Part shown: piece by piece, positions 25,705-36,808 of the stretch
Position numbering within the stretch: the stretch's first letter is position 1
Layout of the letters: the number at the start of each line of letters is the position of its first letter
Source of the DNA: Candidatus Fibrimonas termitidis
GTDB lineage: Bacteria; Fibrobacterota; Fibrobacteria; Fibrobacterales; Fibrobacteraceae
Assembly (NCBI GenBank): GCA_001462245.1
Contig: LIUG01000158.1
Coordinates: 401-59,921 of the forward strand
DNA: 59,521 nt
Reading direction: 5' to 3'
Translations under genes and position numbers: made by a program
The notes under the pieces: generated by a model
Seen by the model: the letters and a program-made list of their open reading frames with translations, nothing else
Database searches by the model: none
What the model was told of the DNA's origin: nothing

Positions 25705-27077
25705 TAAACTTGATTCTTTGCGGAGGTGCAGGCACAAGGCTTTGGCCTTTGAGCCGTACCTTGATGCCAAAGCAATTTGTGAAAATTTTCGGCGAGTATT
25801 CGCTGTTTCAACGCATTGTACTTGTGAATAGCAGCTTTTGCCCGGAACAGTGCATCGTTAGCAATGTTGAGCAATATTTTTTGGCCAAAGAGCAACTGCA
25901 GCAGGTAAATGCGAGCAAAGCGTCTTTTATGCTGGAGCCTGTTGGCAGGAATACTGCGCCTGCTATTGCGCTCGCGTGTTTGGGGCTGCCCGAAGACGAA
26001 GTTGTTTTGGTTTCTCCCAGCGATCATTTGATTAGGGATGCAAAGAGCTATTCCCAGGCGGTTGCGAGGGCAGCAGAGCTTGCCGGCGCAGGAAATTTGG
26101 TCACATTCGGATTGAAACCAACCGAACCTAAAACCGGCTATGGTTATATAGAAGCAGAAGGCGAACAGGTGAAAAGATTTGTGGAAAAACCTGATTTGGA
26201 AACTGCGAAAAAATACGTTGCAAGCGGCAATTTTTATTGGAACAGCGGCATATTCTGTTTTAAGGCAGGAGTATTTTTGGCCGAGTTGAACGAGTATGCG
26301 CCATCCATGCTGGCTGCCTGCAAAATTGCGTACGAAAAAGCTGCGAGGGAAAATTCGCTGGTCCGCATTCACCACGGAGATATGGCGGAAATTCCGGCAG
26401 ATTCCATTGACTACGCAGTTATGGAAAAATCAAAAAAGGTTTGCGTTGTTCCGTGCTCAATAGGCTGGTCGGATTTGGGCAGCTTTGAAAGCCTTTACGG
26501 CGAATTGCCACGTGATAAAAACGGAAACACGGAAGACAAAAACCTCACTGCTATAGATTCAAAAAATAATCTGATTATGAGTTCAAATAGGCAAATAACC
26601 GCAATAGATTTGAACGATATGATGGTTATCGATACCGCCGATGCTCTCTTGGTTGCGCCTCTTGCGAGCAACCAAAAAGTGAAAAACCTGGTTGAAATTT
26701 TAAAGGAAAAACGGCCGGATTTGCTGCACTCTCCGCAAACCGTTGTTCGCCCTTGGGGAACATACACCGTTATATATGAATATGCGTATTTTAAGGTTAA
26801 GTGCATCTCTGTGAATCCCGGGGCGAGAATTTCCCTGCAAAAGCATTTGCACCGCTCCGAACATTGGGTTGTTGTAAGCGGAATGGCAACTGCGACTGTT
26901 GGCGATAAAACCGTTTATGTTAGCCCCAACGAATCTATTTATATTTCTGCCGGCTCAATGCACCGTTTGCAAAACGAGGGCAAGCTGCCCTTGGTTATTG
27001 TTGAGGTGCAGGTTGGCCAGTACACCGGTGAAGATGATATTATTAGGGTGGAAGACGATTACAAAAGGCATGAATAA
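25701..27077 (+). CDS. manC: mannose-1-phosphate guanylyltransferase / mannose-6-phosphate isomerase (type II)
   Basis: LCGGAGTRLWPLSR, GYGYIE and a C-terminal cupin (HRSEHWVVVSG). ATGA overlap with pnp. Confidence 0.85.
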   Translation: MINLILCGGAGTRLWPLSRTLMPKQFVKIFGEYSLFQRIVLVNSSFCPEQCIVSNVEQYFLAKEQLQQVNASKASFMLEPVGRNTAPAIALACLGLPEDEVVLVSPSDHLIRDAKSYSQAVARAAELAGAGNLVTFGLKPTEPKTGYGYIEAEGEQVKRFVEKPDLETAKKYVASGNFYWNSGIFCFKAGVFLAELNEYAPSMLAACKIAYEKAARENSLVRIHHGDMAEIPADSIDYAVMEKSKKVCVVPCSIGWSDLGSFESLYGELPRDKNGNTEDKNLTAIDSKNNLIMSSNRQITAIDLNDMMVIDTADALLVAPLASNQKVKNLVEILKEKRPDLLHSPQTVVRPWGTYTVIYEYAYFKVKCISVNPGARISLQKHLHRSEHWVVVSGMATATVGDKTVYVSPNESIYISAGSMHRLQNEGKLPLVIVEVQVGQYTGEDDIIRVEDDYKRHE

Positions 27078-27088
27078 CGGAGTGCATT

Positions 27089-28048
27089 ATGCGCATAGCC
27101 ATGCTGTTTGCAATGTTCACCGCCACTCTTCTCTATTCTGCGGAAGACTTCTTTAAAAAAGCAAATGAGCTTTACGACGCCGGCAAATACGCAGAATCGG
27201 TTCCCATTTATAGAGCAGCGATAAAACACGGGCAGCTTGAGCCTTATGCTTGGTTCAATTTGGGGAATGCGCTTGTGCATTTAAAACAAAACCACGTTGC
27301 GATAGTCGCTTACAAAAGAGCGGCGGAACTTGCGCCTGATTTTGCAAAACCCTGGATGCTTTTAGGCGATATTTCGTATTCATACGGGGATTACGGGCAA
27401 GCGGCGGCGTATTACGGCAGGGCAGCGGAACTTGGCGAAAAAAACGAGCATTTGAATTATGCTATGGCTTCTGTGTATCTGAATTTAAAGTCTTATGTTT
27501 TGGCGGAGAGGTATTTTGAGCAAACGTTAAATGAAAATCCGGACAGGTTGGAAGCGTGGCTAGGGCTTGCGGAATGCGCCCGCAAAATAGGCGATTATAA
27601 GCAAGCAACAGAGGTTTTGCAAAAAGCCTTGCAAAAAAGCGTTAATGTTTCCCCGGATTTGTACTACACTTTGTCTTATTATTATTTGCAGCAAGATTCG
27701 CTTAAAGCGGCGATTCGCTCTATGGAGAACGGTTTATACTTGGATAGCAGAAATTTTAGCGCGCGCAGGTATTTATCCGGGCTTTACGAAAAAGAAAATT
27801 CGCCATGGATGGCCATTTGGACCCTGGAGCAAGGAATTGCCGTAGGAAACGGCCTTGCGGAATTGGAAATGGATTTGGCGGAAATTTATTTTAAACAAAA
27901 AAGACTGAGCGAAGCGCTTGAACATTACCAAAAAGCTATGAAGGCGGGAAGCGCTGCGGCACGAATAGGCGTAGAAAACGTTGGCCACGCCTTTTACAAT
28001 CAGGGTGATAGTTTGCAGGCAGAAGCTGCGTATAAAATGCTAAGATAA
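27089..28048 (+). CDS. TPR-repeat protein with signal peptide
   Basis: N-terminal hydrophobic MLFAMFTATLLYSA; multiple A..Y..A...P TPR units. Confidence 0.6.
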   Translation: MRIAMLFAMFTATLLYSAEDFFKKANELYDAGKYAESVPIYRAAIKHGQLEPYAWFNLGNALVHLKQNHVAIVAYKRAAELAPDFAKPWMLLGDISYSYGDYGQAAAYYGRAAELGEKNEHLNYAMASVYLNLKSYVLAERYFEQTLNENPDRLEAWLGLAECARKIGDYKQATEVLQKALQKSVNVSPDLYYTLSYYYLQQDSLKAAIRSMENGLYLDSRNFSARRYLSGLYEKENSPWMAIWTLEQGIAVGNGLAELEMDLAEIYFKQKRLSEALEHYQKAMKAGSAAARIGVENVGHAFYNQGDSLQAEAAYKMLR

Positions 28049-28049
28049 T

Positions 28050-29753
28050 TCACTGCGCCCTTGGCATTCTCGATTTTTCCGTAGCCATAGCTACGTATGA
28101 GCATAGATTGCCTGTGTCCGGGAAACGTTTTGCGTGCAGCCTTATTATAAAAATTTTGCGTGGGTTTTGGGAACTTTTAAGGAGTACTTCAAAGTTATCT
28201 CTTGATGCCCATATAACACCGCTCCATTCGTCTCCGTAGCATTGCGAAGATTCTACGGCAACACCTTCGCCCAAAACTCCGGTTTCCTTTTTTAAAAAAT
28301 GCCCGAATAGATCCTGAATATAATCGTAAAAATCCGGGTTTGTGTTATCTGTAATAATGGAACGAACCGCATAAAATTTCTTATTTGAATCAAAAAAAAC
28401 CGTGTTATTGTAGGCGAAAGAACCTATTACGTATCTTTCGTCAAATGTTATTTCGTTCTGTTTTTTAAATCTGTTTATTGAGTATTTTGAAAAAAAATCC
28501 TTGAATGTTGCGTCGTAGTGTACCAGATAACGGCCAAGGTCATCATAATAAATATTTTCGCTTCCACGCAAGGCCGCATACGTTTTGGCAAGCGAGTCCG
28601 CTAAGTTTCTGCTGTTCGGTGGAGGCGGCACGAATTTCGGTTGTTCTTCCGCAGATTCGTTCAAGAGTTTTCTTATGTTCGGGTATTCGGAATCTTGGGC
28701 GTGGATTTCGGAAAATTGCTGGCGAGCCTCTTTCATTAGCCTTGCTCTGAGATAAATTTTTCCGAGAGCTTCGCGAAGCGGCAAGTTTTCCGGGTATTCT
28801 TCTATTAAGGGCAAAATTATTTTTGCGGTCTCTTTAGCCTGGTCCCTTAAAGATATGCTGCCTTTGGAGGGAATTGCTCTTGTTGCAGGCGGTGTTTTTT
28901 CTCCCAGAGTAGCTATGGCATTTGAGGCGTTTATATCGTCCGGTTTTAAGGCTAAAATTTTTCTGTAATTGCTCAAAGCTTTATCAAAATCTCGGGAATA
29001 CTCGCTTAAATAGCCTTGCAAAAGCAATAATCCGGTTTGCGAGGGAAATCTGGGCAAAGCGTAATTCACAAGCTCGGCGCACTCGTCCAAGCTGCCCATT
29101 TTATGCAAAGCGAAGGCTAGGGTAACGTAGGCTCTCGCATCTGCGCCTGCGGATATTGAAATTGCGGCTTTAGCTTCTTCAGCGGCTTTTGCGGGTTGTT
29201 CTGTTTTCAAAAGCAAATCTGCGTGTCTAAGCCTTGCTTCGGAAAAAGCGGGAGACTTTGCGGCAAGTTCAGCCGCCATATTCAATGCTTCGTTCAGATT
29301 TTCATCATATTCTCTGGTAAAGGTTAAAAGCAATTGAACCCAAACGGAACCCGGCATTTGCTGCGCTAGGTTTTCAATTAGATTTTTGGTTTTGGCTATT
29401 TCTTCCGAAGAAATAGTTTCTTTAGACATAATGGAATAAGCTTCCCCAAAAAGCGCAACCGGCATATTAGGATATTTAAGCAAAATAGTTTCGTAATTAT
29501 CCCGAGCGGCCTGGAGCGCGCCGGCTATTCGCAAATCATTAGCTCGCCGCAAAGCCGCTTCAGCGGCAATTGGCGTGGATGGAAATTTTGCTTTTTCACC
29601 GATGAGTATTTTTGTTCCGGCTCGTAGTCCAAAAGGCACGGCAGGAACGTTTATTGAACTTCTGGAATGAACAAACATCGCAGCTACAATCAGCAAAACT
29701 CCGATTGCAAGAGCAATTTCCATTGAATGTTTTTTTAAACGGTTCTCTTTCAC
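28050..29753 (-). CDS. membrane-anchored TPR-repeat protein
   Basis: One N-terminal TM (IALAIGVLLIVAAMFV), TPR-like helical repeats, and a distinct C-terminal domain. Start overlaps the sigma gene stop by 4 nt. Confidence 0.55.
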   Translation of the reverse strand: MKENRLKKHSMEIALAIGVLLIVAAMFVHSRSSINVPAVPFGLRAGTKILIGEKAKFPSTPIAAEAALRRANDLRIAGALQAARDNYETILLKYPNMPVALFGEAYSIMSKETISSEEIAKTKNLIENLAQQMPGSVWVQLLLTFTREYDENLNEALNMAAELAAKSPAFSEARLRHADLLLKTEQPAKAAEEAKAAISISAGADARAYVTLAFALHKMGSLDECAELVNYALPRFPSQTGLLLLQGYLSEYSRDFDKALSNYRKILALKPDDINASNAIATLGEKTPPATRAIPSKGSISLRDQAKETAKIILPLIEEYPENLPLREALGKIYLRARLMKEARQQFSEIHAQDSEYPNIRKLLNESAEEQPKFVPPPPNSRNLADSLAKTYAALRGSENIYYDDLGRYLVHYDATFKDFFSKYSINRFKKQNEITFDERYVIGSFAYNNTVFFDSNKKFYAVRSIITDNTNPDFYDYIQDLFGHFLKKETGVLGEGVAVESSQCYGDEWSGVIWASRDNFEVLLKSSQNPRKIFIIRLHAKRFPDTGNLCSYVAMATEKSRMPRAQ

Positions 29754-30589
29754 GAAAAAAAGTCCTTCAAATTCTCATGCAATTCCTTATTTCTCTGCAT
29801 TCGGCGAAGGGCTTTATTTTTTATCTGCCTCACTTTTTCTCGAGAAAGCCGCATATCTTCGCCAATGTCGTGCAGGGTGCTGTCTCCTGCGGAATCTATG
29901 CCGTAAAACATGCGGAGAATATCGCTTTCCCTTCTCGGCAGTTTAGCCAGCACGGCACTCACCATATTTTGCAATTCGGTCTCTCTCTGATGCTCATCTT
30001 GAGAGTCTGCGCTTCCTTCCAAAACATCCAAAAGCGTTCCTACGCTGTCTGAAGTCGGGTCATCGTTGGCGGGGGAGTCAAGAGAAATCTCCATCATTTT
30101 TTCCATTATATCTATTATGTCTTTTTCGTTGTCTTTAAATTCCGGCATGTTGAATGTTTTGTCATAATCGCCGAGATTGCCGGATAAAGCTTTTTTGAAG
30201 CGGCTCACAAGAGTTAATTTATTCGGTGGAATTCTCATTGCGCCAATTCGTTCAAAGATGGCTTTTTGTATGGCCTGCCTTATCCACCAGACCGCATAGC
30301 TTATAAAGCGAACATTTTTTGCGCAATCAAAACGGAGCGCAGCTTTAAAAAGCCCGAGATTGCCTTCATTTATCAAATCCAGCAGGCTAAGGCCGCGTCC
30401 TTGGTATTTGCGGGCAACGCTTACAACAAAGCGCAGGTTGCCGCATATGAGTTTGCGAAGCGCAGCATTGTGTATGTTTTTTTTCTTTTCGTCTCGCAGA
30501 ATTTGTATAAGAGCCTGCTCCTCTTGCGTGGAGAGAATTTGATAATGGTTCAAATCCTTGAAGTAAAGAGTTTCTACAGGCGTAATCAC
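29750..30589 (-). CDS. rpoD: sigma-70 family factor, short FCB-type RpoD-like (regions 2-4, no region 1.1)
   Basis: NLRFVVSVARKYQGRGLSLLDLINEGNLGLFKAALRFD...FISYAVWWIRQAIQKAI and region 4 LSREKVRQIKNKALRRM. A paralogue rather than the primary sigma cannot be excluded. Confidence 0.6.
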   Translation of the reverse strand: MITPVETLYFKDLNHYQILSTQEEQALIQILRDEKKKNIHNAALRKLICGNLRFVVSVARKYQGRGLSLLDLINEGNLGLFKAALRFDCAKNVRFISYAVWWIRQAIQKAIFERIGAMRIPPNKLTLVSRFKKALSGNLGDYDKTFNMPEFKDNEKDIIDIMEKMMEISLDSPANDDPTSDSVGTLLDVLEGSADSQDEHQRETELQNMVSAVLAKLPRRESDILRMFYGIDSAGDSTLHDIGEDMRLSREKVRQIKNKALRRMQRNKELHENLKDFFS

Positions 30590-31026
30590 TATCTAACCCC
30601 GCTGAATTTGGCAAGTACTACGCTAGCGCAATGTTCCAGTACCACAAATGTTTCAAAAAGTTTTGCTTCGCGCCATTTAATTGCATATTCGGCTTGCCAT
30701 TGCTCGGCTATGTATTGGGGATTTTGGCTGTGGTTTTCCACTTCGCCTTTGTACCAAATTTCCTTATTGATTTCCTTTATCATGTCTGCAAGCTCGGCTG
30801 CCGGTTGTATTGAGCCTCGCGCCAGTATTTCACCTTTAACGGCATTTAAAATGTCTTCGTCTCTTGCTTCGCCGTCTTCGTTTGCTATGTCTATAATTTC
30901 TTCCAAATGCCTTTCTACGAAATCCAGCAAGTAAGTTTCCGTTTGTTTCAGGGCCCCTTCCCGATATTTTCTTTCGGCCTCTTCAAGCGGGTAATATATG
31001 TGAACGGGATAGAAGTCTATCATCAT
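30589..31026 (-). CDS. hypothetical acidic 145-aa protein, translationally coupled to the sigma gene
   Basis: Stop TAG shares its G with the GTG start of the sigma gene. No recognisable domain. The antisense 222-aa ORF 30266..30934 is judged a shadow. Confidence 0.5.
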   Translation of the reverse strand: MMIDFYPVHIYYPLEEAERKYREGALKQTETYLLDFVERHLEEIIDIANEDGEARDEDILNAVKGEILARGSIQPAAELADMIKEINKEIWYKGEVENHSQNPQYIAEQWQAEYAIKWREAKLFETFVVLEHCASVVLAKFSGVR

Positions 31027-31031
31027 AAGGA

Positions 31032-31041
31032 AATATAGAAA
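31032..31041 (-). promoter_or_regulatory. -10-like element TTTCTATATT, 5 nt before ATG 31026
   Basis: Minus strand reads TTTTTTCTATATT-TCCTT-ATG. Confidence 0.45.
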
Positions 31042-31057
31042 AAACTATTTTCTTGCG

Positions 31058-31950
<893 letters not shown>

Positions 31951-31966
<16 letters not shown>

Positions 31967-33522
31967 AAAACCCTATCCTTATAGTTTTGAGGCAAAGGAA
32001 CGTGGGTTGACATCATCCACCATTGCTTGGTTTCTGTTGTGGCATTCCAAAAAGCGTTGAAAATGGGTTCTTGCATACTTTGGGAAATATAAGCGAAAGG
32101 TTCATCTAAAAACAAAAACGGCATATCGCTCACAATGGCCCACGCAAGGCCTATTCTCTGCAATTCTCCATATGAATGCCCGTTCTTTTTCAAAAGATTT
32201 TCCAGACCTAAAACTTCAAAGAAGTGCCGTATGGTTGTGCTCCATGTCTTTTCTTCTATTGCCTGTTCAAGCCAAAAAATAGGCGGCAAAAACAATCTTT
32301 GCGAAAGATAAAATGAATTCGATTTGGTTTTGAACGGTACATAAATATTGCCCTCTTGAGGGATTTCCAAACCCGATAAAATACGAAGCAGAGTGGTTTT
32401 TCCGCTTCCGTTTTCGCCTTGCAGTATCAGCGGGTGGTTTAGCTTGATTGTATTGTTTAAAAGCCGGAATATCCAAGGTTCGTAATCCCCGTACCTAAAA
32501 GCCAGATTTTCGATTTTAATGCACTTCTCTTCTTTTTCCTCAAAAAAATCCGTGGTGCGTTCCGTTTGCTCCAAACGGATAAGCCCTGCGTATGATCTTT
32601 TAAGATCTACTAAATTGGAGAACAACTGGGAACATTCTTTCAATGGTTTATAGCATATAAAAAGCGCTGCGCAGAATAAAATTATTTGAAAAGGTTCCAT
32701 CATTTCCCTTTTTATTAAAAAGGCGCATATAGCCAAAAGAAAGCACATAATGGAAATTGAAAGAGTTTCTATGCTTTGCGTTATGGTCACTTCTCTAACG
32801 CTTACCTCTGCGGAGGCGTTTCTCAAATTGCGGATTTTTCTAAAAAGCAGAGATAAATATTTTGAAAGTTCGGCTTGATTATTCCAGCATTTTCGAATAG
32901 CCGCCCATCGCCATAAATTTGAATCATAATCACCTGAAAATAGGTTAAAATCATCAATATTCTTGCCGATTTTTTTTAAATTTCTTTGCAAATAAATAAC
33001 AATCGGAGCAAAAACAAGCAGCAGCACAAAGGTTAACTGCCAAGAGATAAGAAACAAAATAGGCACAAAGAACAGCAATTGCGAAACTGCCTGAATGGAC
33101 TGGGTGACTATTTTACAACCTTTAGACATTGCGGAAATGGACTGGTTTGCATCGTGCAGAATACCGTTCATTTCAGGTTTGTAAAACTGTATGGGGTGTA
33201 AATTTTTTACCACACGTATCCACCATGCTCGCAAATGGCTCTCCAGTTTATAGTAGAGTCTTTCTTCCGAACGCATTCTAAGCGTGGTAAATAGATAGCG
33301 CATGGCTATTATTACAAGCATTATAATTATCCAACTCAGAACATCAATGTGTGTTACCCACTTAAAATCGAAAATAAATTTCCATGAATCGGATAGCATG
33401 GACAGGAATAGGCGAATACCGCCCAGCAAGAGCAAATCTGTAAAACTGGCCAAAACGGCAAGGGGAACGATTAATACCCAGCTATATAGCCAAGCGTTCT
33501 TTAGAAGTTGTTTTAAAGGCAC
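31951..33522 (-). CDS. ABC transporter, fused permease/ATPase (exporter type)
   Basis: N-terminal TM domain, Walker A GENGSGKTT, signature-like SYGELQR and Walker B FLFLDEP. 3' end overlaps miaA by 16 nt. Confidence 0.75.
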
Positions 33523-33531
33523 AACGTTAAT

Positions 33532-34392
33532 CTAGAAAATTACGTTCTGTCCGTTCACTTTGCATTTACCTTGCATTTCCAGTTCCGTTAGTATGGCTAA
33601 AACTTCATTTACAGGTTTTTTGCTTTGCTCGCAAATATCGGTTATTTGCATAATGGTTGCTTTTGCGGCCCAACTTGGGAGGGAGGGTTCGTCTTTGAGA
33701 GTATGGGGTATAGGGTATGGGGTATGGGGGAATAAGGAATTTAAACCCAGTATTTCCGGTAGTTCGTTTGTGCTCCAGACTATTTGCGCTTGTTTTTCGT
33801 AGATTAGCCGGTTGCAGCCTTCCGAGGTTGGAGTCATGGGGGAACCCGGAACGGCAAATAAGGGTTTGCTTTCTCTAAAGCAAAAATTAGCCGTGTGCAT
33901 TGCTCCGCCTTTTATTCTGCTTTCAACAACCAGGGTGGCATCTGACATTCCGGATATTATTGTGTTTCTTTTAACAAAGTACCCCTGATAGGCTCTTGAA
34001 CCCGGGGCAAAGGGCGAAATTATATTGCCTCCGTGTTCTAAAATTTTTTCAGCCAAAATTTTTTGGCTGCTCTGCAAAGGCATATCCAATCCCTGAGCTA
34101 TAACGGCTGTGGTTGGCAAATTATTTTCAATGGCAGCCTCGTGGCAGAGCGAGTCTATGCCCTGGGCCAGTCCGCTAATTATGCGAACTTTATAGGCCTT
34201 TAAAGCTTTAACCATGGATTTTACCGTATTTGCCGCAATGCCGCTCGGGCTTCTGGTACCTACCATCGCAAGGCAAAATTCATCGCCAAAATTCACCGCA
34301 CCGGCAACCCAAAGTTTAGAAACAGCATACCTGGACTTCGCCAACAAAAGCGGATACCCATCCCCATTAATATCCAAAACATCAACTCTCAA
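33532..34392 (-). CDS. dprA: DNA processing protein DprA (Smf)
   Basis: MVGTRSPSGIAANTVKSM...IISGLAQGIDSLCHEAA Rossmann core plus a C-terminal winged-helix region. Predicted TTG start lies inside the heptamer array, so it is uncertain. Confidence 0.85.
   Translation of the reverse strand: MRVDVLDINGDGYPLLLAKSRYAVSKLWVAGAVNFGDEFCLAMVGTRSPSGIAANTVKSMVKALKAYKVRIISGLAQGIDSLCHEAAIENNLPTTAVIAQGLDMPLQSSQKILAEKILEHGGNIISPFAPGSRAYQGYFVKRNTIISGMSDATLVVESRIKGGAMHTANFCFRESKPLFAVPGSPMTPTSEGCNRLIYEKQAQIVWSTNELPEILGLNSLFPHTPYPIPHTLKDEPSLPSWAAKATIMQITDICEQSKKPVNEVLAILTELEMQGKCKVNGQNVIF
33701..33730. repeat. G-rich heptamer array GTATGGG/GTATAGG x4 translated in-frame inside dprA
   Basis: Units 33701-07, 33708-14, 33715-21 and 33722-28, then GG. 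Encodes FPHTPYPIPHT in the linker before the C-terminal domain. Four G-runs lie on the plus (template) strand. Confidence 0.95.
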
Positions 34393-34417
34393 CTCTCAAC
34401 TCTCCACTTTCAACTCA
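34383..34417. repeat. heptamer array (CAACTCT on plus = GAGTTGA in gene direction) at the folB/dprA junction
   Basis: 3 perfect units 34383-34403 plus degenerate CCACTTT and CAACTCA. Supplies the folB stop (34396-98) and the dprA TTG (34390-92). Confidence 0.95.
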
Positions 34418-34749
34418 ATCTCCACCTTCGGCTTCAAATCATTCAACTTTACGCAATAAACTTTTGCTGTTATTATTTTTTGGGAAAATGCCAGGATTTT
34501 TTTCGCTATTTCTGCGGTTAATGTTTCCAAGAGGCTGAATTTGCTATTTGAAACAAAAGCTTTCAATTCTTCCGTTAAAACTGCGTAGTCCACGGCATTC
34601 TCTATAGAATCGGTTGCTATAGCCTTTTGAGAGTCATATTCAAAGGAAAAACCAAACTCCGCCTTTTGCGGAGCAGATAGCTCATCGGGATAAATCCCGA
34701 TGATGGTTTCGCATAAAATGTTATTTACAGAAATCCAAGCCCTTACCAT
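34396..34749 (-). CDS. folB: dihydroneopterin aldolase
   Basis: IIGIYPDELSAPQKAEFGFSFEYD...VDYAVLTEELKAFV...SLLETLTAEIAKKIL resembles FolB. The last residues and the stop are encoded by the repeat. Confidence 0.65.
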   Translation of the reverse strand: MVRAWISVNNILCETIIGIYPDELSAPQKAEFGFSFEYDSQKAIATDSIENAVDYAVLTEELKAFVSNSKFSLLETLTAEIAKKILAFSQKIITAKVYCVKLNDLKPKVEIELKVES

Positions 34750-36752
34750 ACAAACAGAGTTATACTAAGAGCGGCAGAAACTCCGGCAGCGCTAAACCAG
34801 ATAATACGATTCGTGTTCCGTTTATCCCTAGCAGCTTCGTTTGTTTTTTTCCTTGAGTCCAGATCATAAAGCAATTTTGCTGCCTTATTTAAATCCGGAT
34901 CTGTTATTTGTTCGTATCCACCTGGTTGAGAAAAATGGTTTCTATTTTTTTGAAAACATTGTTCATCATAATCACAGACAATTCTTATACCCTCTTCTAC
35001 TCTGCCAATAGCGTCACTTACACTGGTTAATGCATCATCTGCTTTCTGCCATTCTTTGTGTTCCAAGAAGCCAACAACGCCGGAGCCTACTGCGGCTGCG
35101 GCAAATACCACACCTGCCCAGAATAGATATTCGTCTGTGTTACCGAAGATATCCGTTGCGCTGCCAGCCGCTCCATGGCGGGAATAATCGTATTTCTCCT
35201 GTTCTTCCGCTCCTTTTTCAAATTCCTCTTCATCCTCTTCTTCATCGTAGTAAGCTTCGGCAGGTGGCGGTTTCGCAGCTAATGCGGGGTCTGGAATTTC
35301 ACCGGCACGGAGTGCCTCAAGGGTTGCAGCTTGGTCTTTTTTATCCCATGCGGCTTTGCCCGGAAATTTAGCGATGCGTGCGTTCAAATCTTTTTCTGTG
35401 TTGCGAGAGCCGGTTGTGGCATCGCTTGAAGTAAAGGTTCCTTTGGATAAAACCTGCAACGGAGTTTCATCATAGAAAAATGCCGCATCGTAAATGGAAG
35501 CATATTTTCCATTTTCCGGAGCATCCCAAATTTTAAGCACGCCATGAACTCTATCCTCATTTTGCGCCACTTCGTTGCGAGGTATGGAACCATAGCCAAG
35601 CTTGGCTTTTGAGTATTTAAAATTGACTCTGGAATTTTTAAGTTCGGCATCTATGGTAAAGTCTCTTACGCCCATATTGGTAAAAGATATCGCAGAAGAA
35701 GGAATATACTCGTATTTTAGAGCAAAATCCATCTCTCCGGCGGCTCCATCCGCTTCGGCAGCAAGTTCCTTGAGTTCGTTGAAATAATTTGCGGCATCCT
35801 TATTTAAGGCATCTCTTTCCCTGGCTTGCGTATTAGTCCACAAATTCTGGCGGTTGGAATAATCGGTTGCGCTTTCGTTTGTGGCTTTCGGCGGGTTTTG
35901 CGGGAATTTTGACATTACAGCGTCTATGGATTTTTTGCTGGAGGTATTATAGTCTTTTAGGGCTTGCTGAATCTCGTTTTTAATGGTTTTTATCGCATTT
36001 CCGTCTTTGGCAGCACGCAATTTGGTTCTGAAAACTTCCGCCGGATTTTCCAAAGGGAGCCTTGCCGTTAAGAGAACGCCTTCCTGAGTGACCCCTTTGT
36101 CAGAGGGTGTAATGGGTTTGATTACCGTATAGTAGCCTTCTTTGGTTACAACAACGGCTATGGTCTTGTTAGAAGAAGCGGTGAATGTCGCCGGAGTTTC
36201 GCCTTTGCTGTTACCGCCAACGGTTACCGTTGCGCCCGAAGGCTCGGAGGTTATGGAAATTTTGTAATCTCTCAAGACCATAGGTTTTAGCTCTTCCATC
36301 TTGCCGTTGAGGTTTATGTAAACGGGGTCTTCTCCTTCAACAAAAATGTCTTTTCCGTCAAAATACACGGTTTCCAAATCATCGTTGCCGGAGGCTGTTC
36401 TGCTATAAAAAAGCTTCATTTTCAAAAGCGTTGTATATGGAATGCCATCCAAGCTGATTTTGCCTAAATCCTTTGCGGCTTCCTTGGGGCGTCCTTGGAA
36501 AATCTGGTAGGTTGCCTCTTCGTCTCCAAAGGGGTCCTCAAACTTTTGCCGAACATAAAGGCGACCGCCTTGCTGGGTAACCTGCTCAGGCTTAACGGGT
36601 TTCAATCCGCCGGCGAATTCTTCTGCTATGAAGTTGTCCGGCTCGCCCGGATCCGAAGAATCATCAAAGGAATCAACAGCCCACTTGCCTGCCCATACTG
36701 AGGCTGCAAGCAATAAAGAAATCGCGACCAAAAAGCCAAGTTTAATTTTCAT
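34743..36752 (-). CDS. secreted PEGA-domain protein with acidic tract and C-terminal TM segments
   Basis: Signal peptide LVAISLLLAASVWA. PEGA-like ISITSEPSGATVTVGGNSKGETPATF...VVVTKEGYYTV, the DEEEDEEEF tract, and two hydrophobic C-terminal helices. Confidence 0.5.
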   Translation of the reverse strand: MKIKLGFLVAISLLLAASVWAGKWAVDSFDDSSDPGEPDNFIAEEFAGGLKPVKPEQVTQQGGRLYVRQKFEDPFGDEEATYQIFQGRPKEAAKDLGKISLDGIPYTTLLKMKLFYSRTASGNDDLETVYFDGKDIFVEGEDPVYINLNGKMEELKPMVLRDYKISITSEPSGATVTVGGNSKGETPATFTASSNKTIAVVVTKEGYYTVIKPITPSDKGVTQEGVLLTARLPLENPAEVFRTKLRAAKDGNAIKTIKNEIQQALKDYNTSSKKSIDAVMSKFPQNPPKATNESATDYSNRQNLWTNTQARERDALNKDAANYFNELKELAAEADGAAGEMDFALKYEYIPSSAISFTNMGVRDFTIDAELKNSRVNFKYSKAKLGYGSIPRNEVAQNEDRVHGVLKIWDAPENGKYASIYDAAFFYDETPLQVLSKGTFTSSDATTGSRNTEKDLNARIAKFPGKAAWDKKDQAATLEALRAGEIPDPALAAKPPPAEAYYDEEEDEEEFEKGAEEQEKYDYSRHGAAGSATDIFGNTDEYLFWAGVVFAAAAVGSGVVGFLEHKEWQKADDALTSVSDAIGRVEEGIRIVCDYDEQCFQKNRNHFSQPGGYEQITDPDLNKAAKLLYDLDSRKKTNEAARDKRNTNRIIWFSAAGVSAALSITLFVW

Positions 36753-36808
36753 AACTACTCCAACCCTAAATATACATAAAAAAATGAAAATAGTAAAAAA
36801 AAAAACAA

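Noticed and set aside
30266-30934. Long ORFs antisense to, or out of frame with, well-supported genes. Examples: 30266..30934 (+), 25542..26375 (-), 7675..8331 (-), 3540..4022 (-), 12186..12629 (-), 38123..38581 (+), 50928..51446 (+), 56283..56885 (-).
   Set aside because: Each lies entirely within a gene whose product has clear family motifs on the other strand or frame. Their translations are low-complexity or Ser/Leu/Arg/Cys-rich, as is typical of shadow ORFs, and they lack start-site signals.
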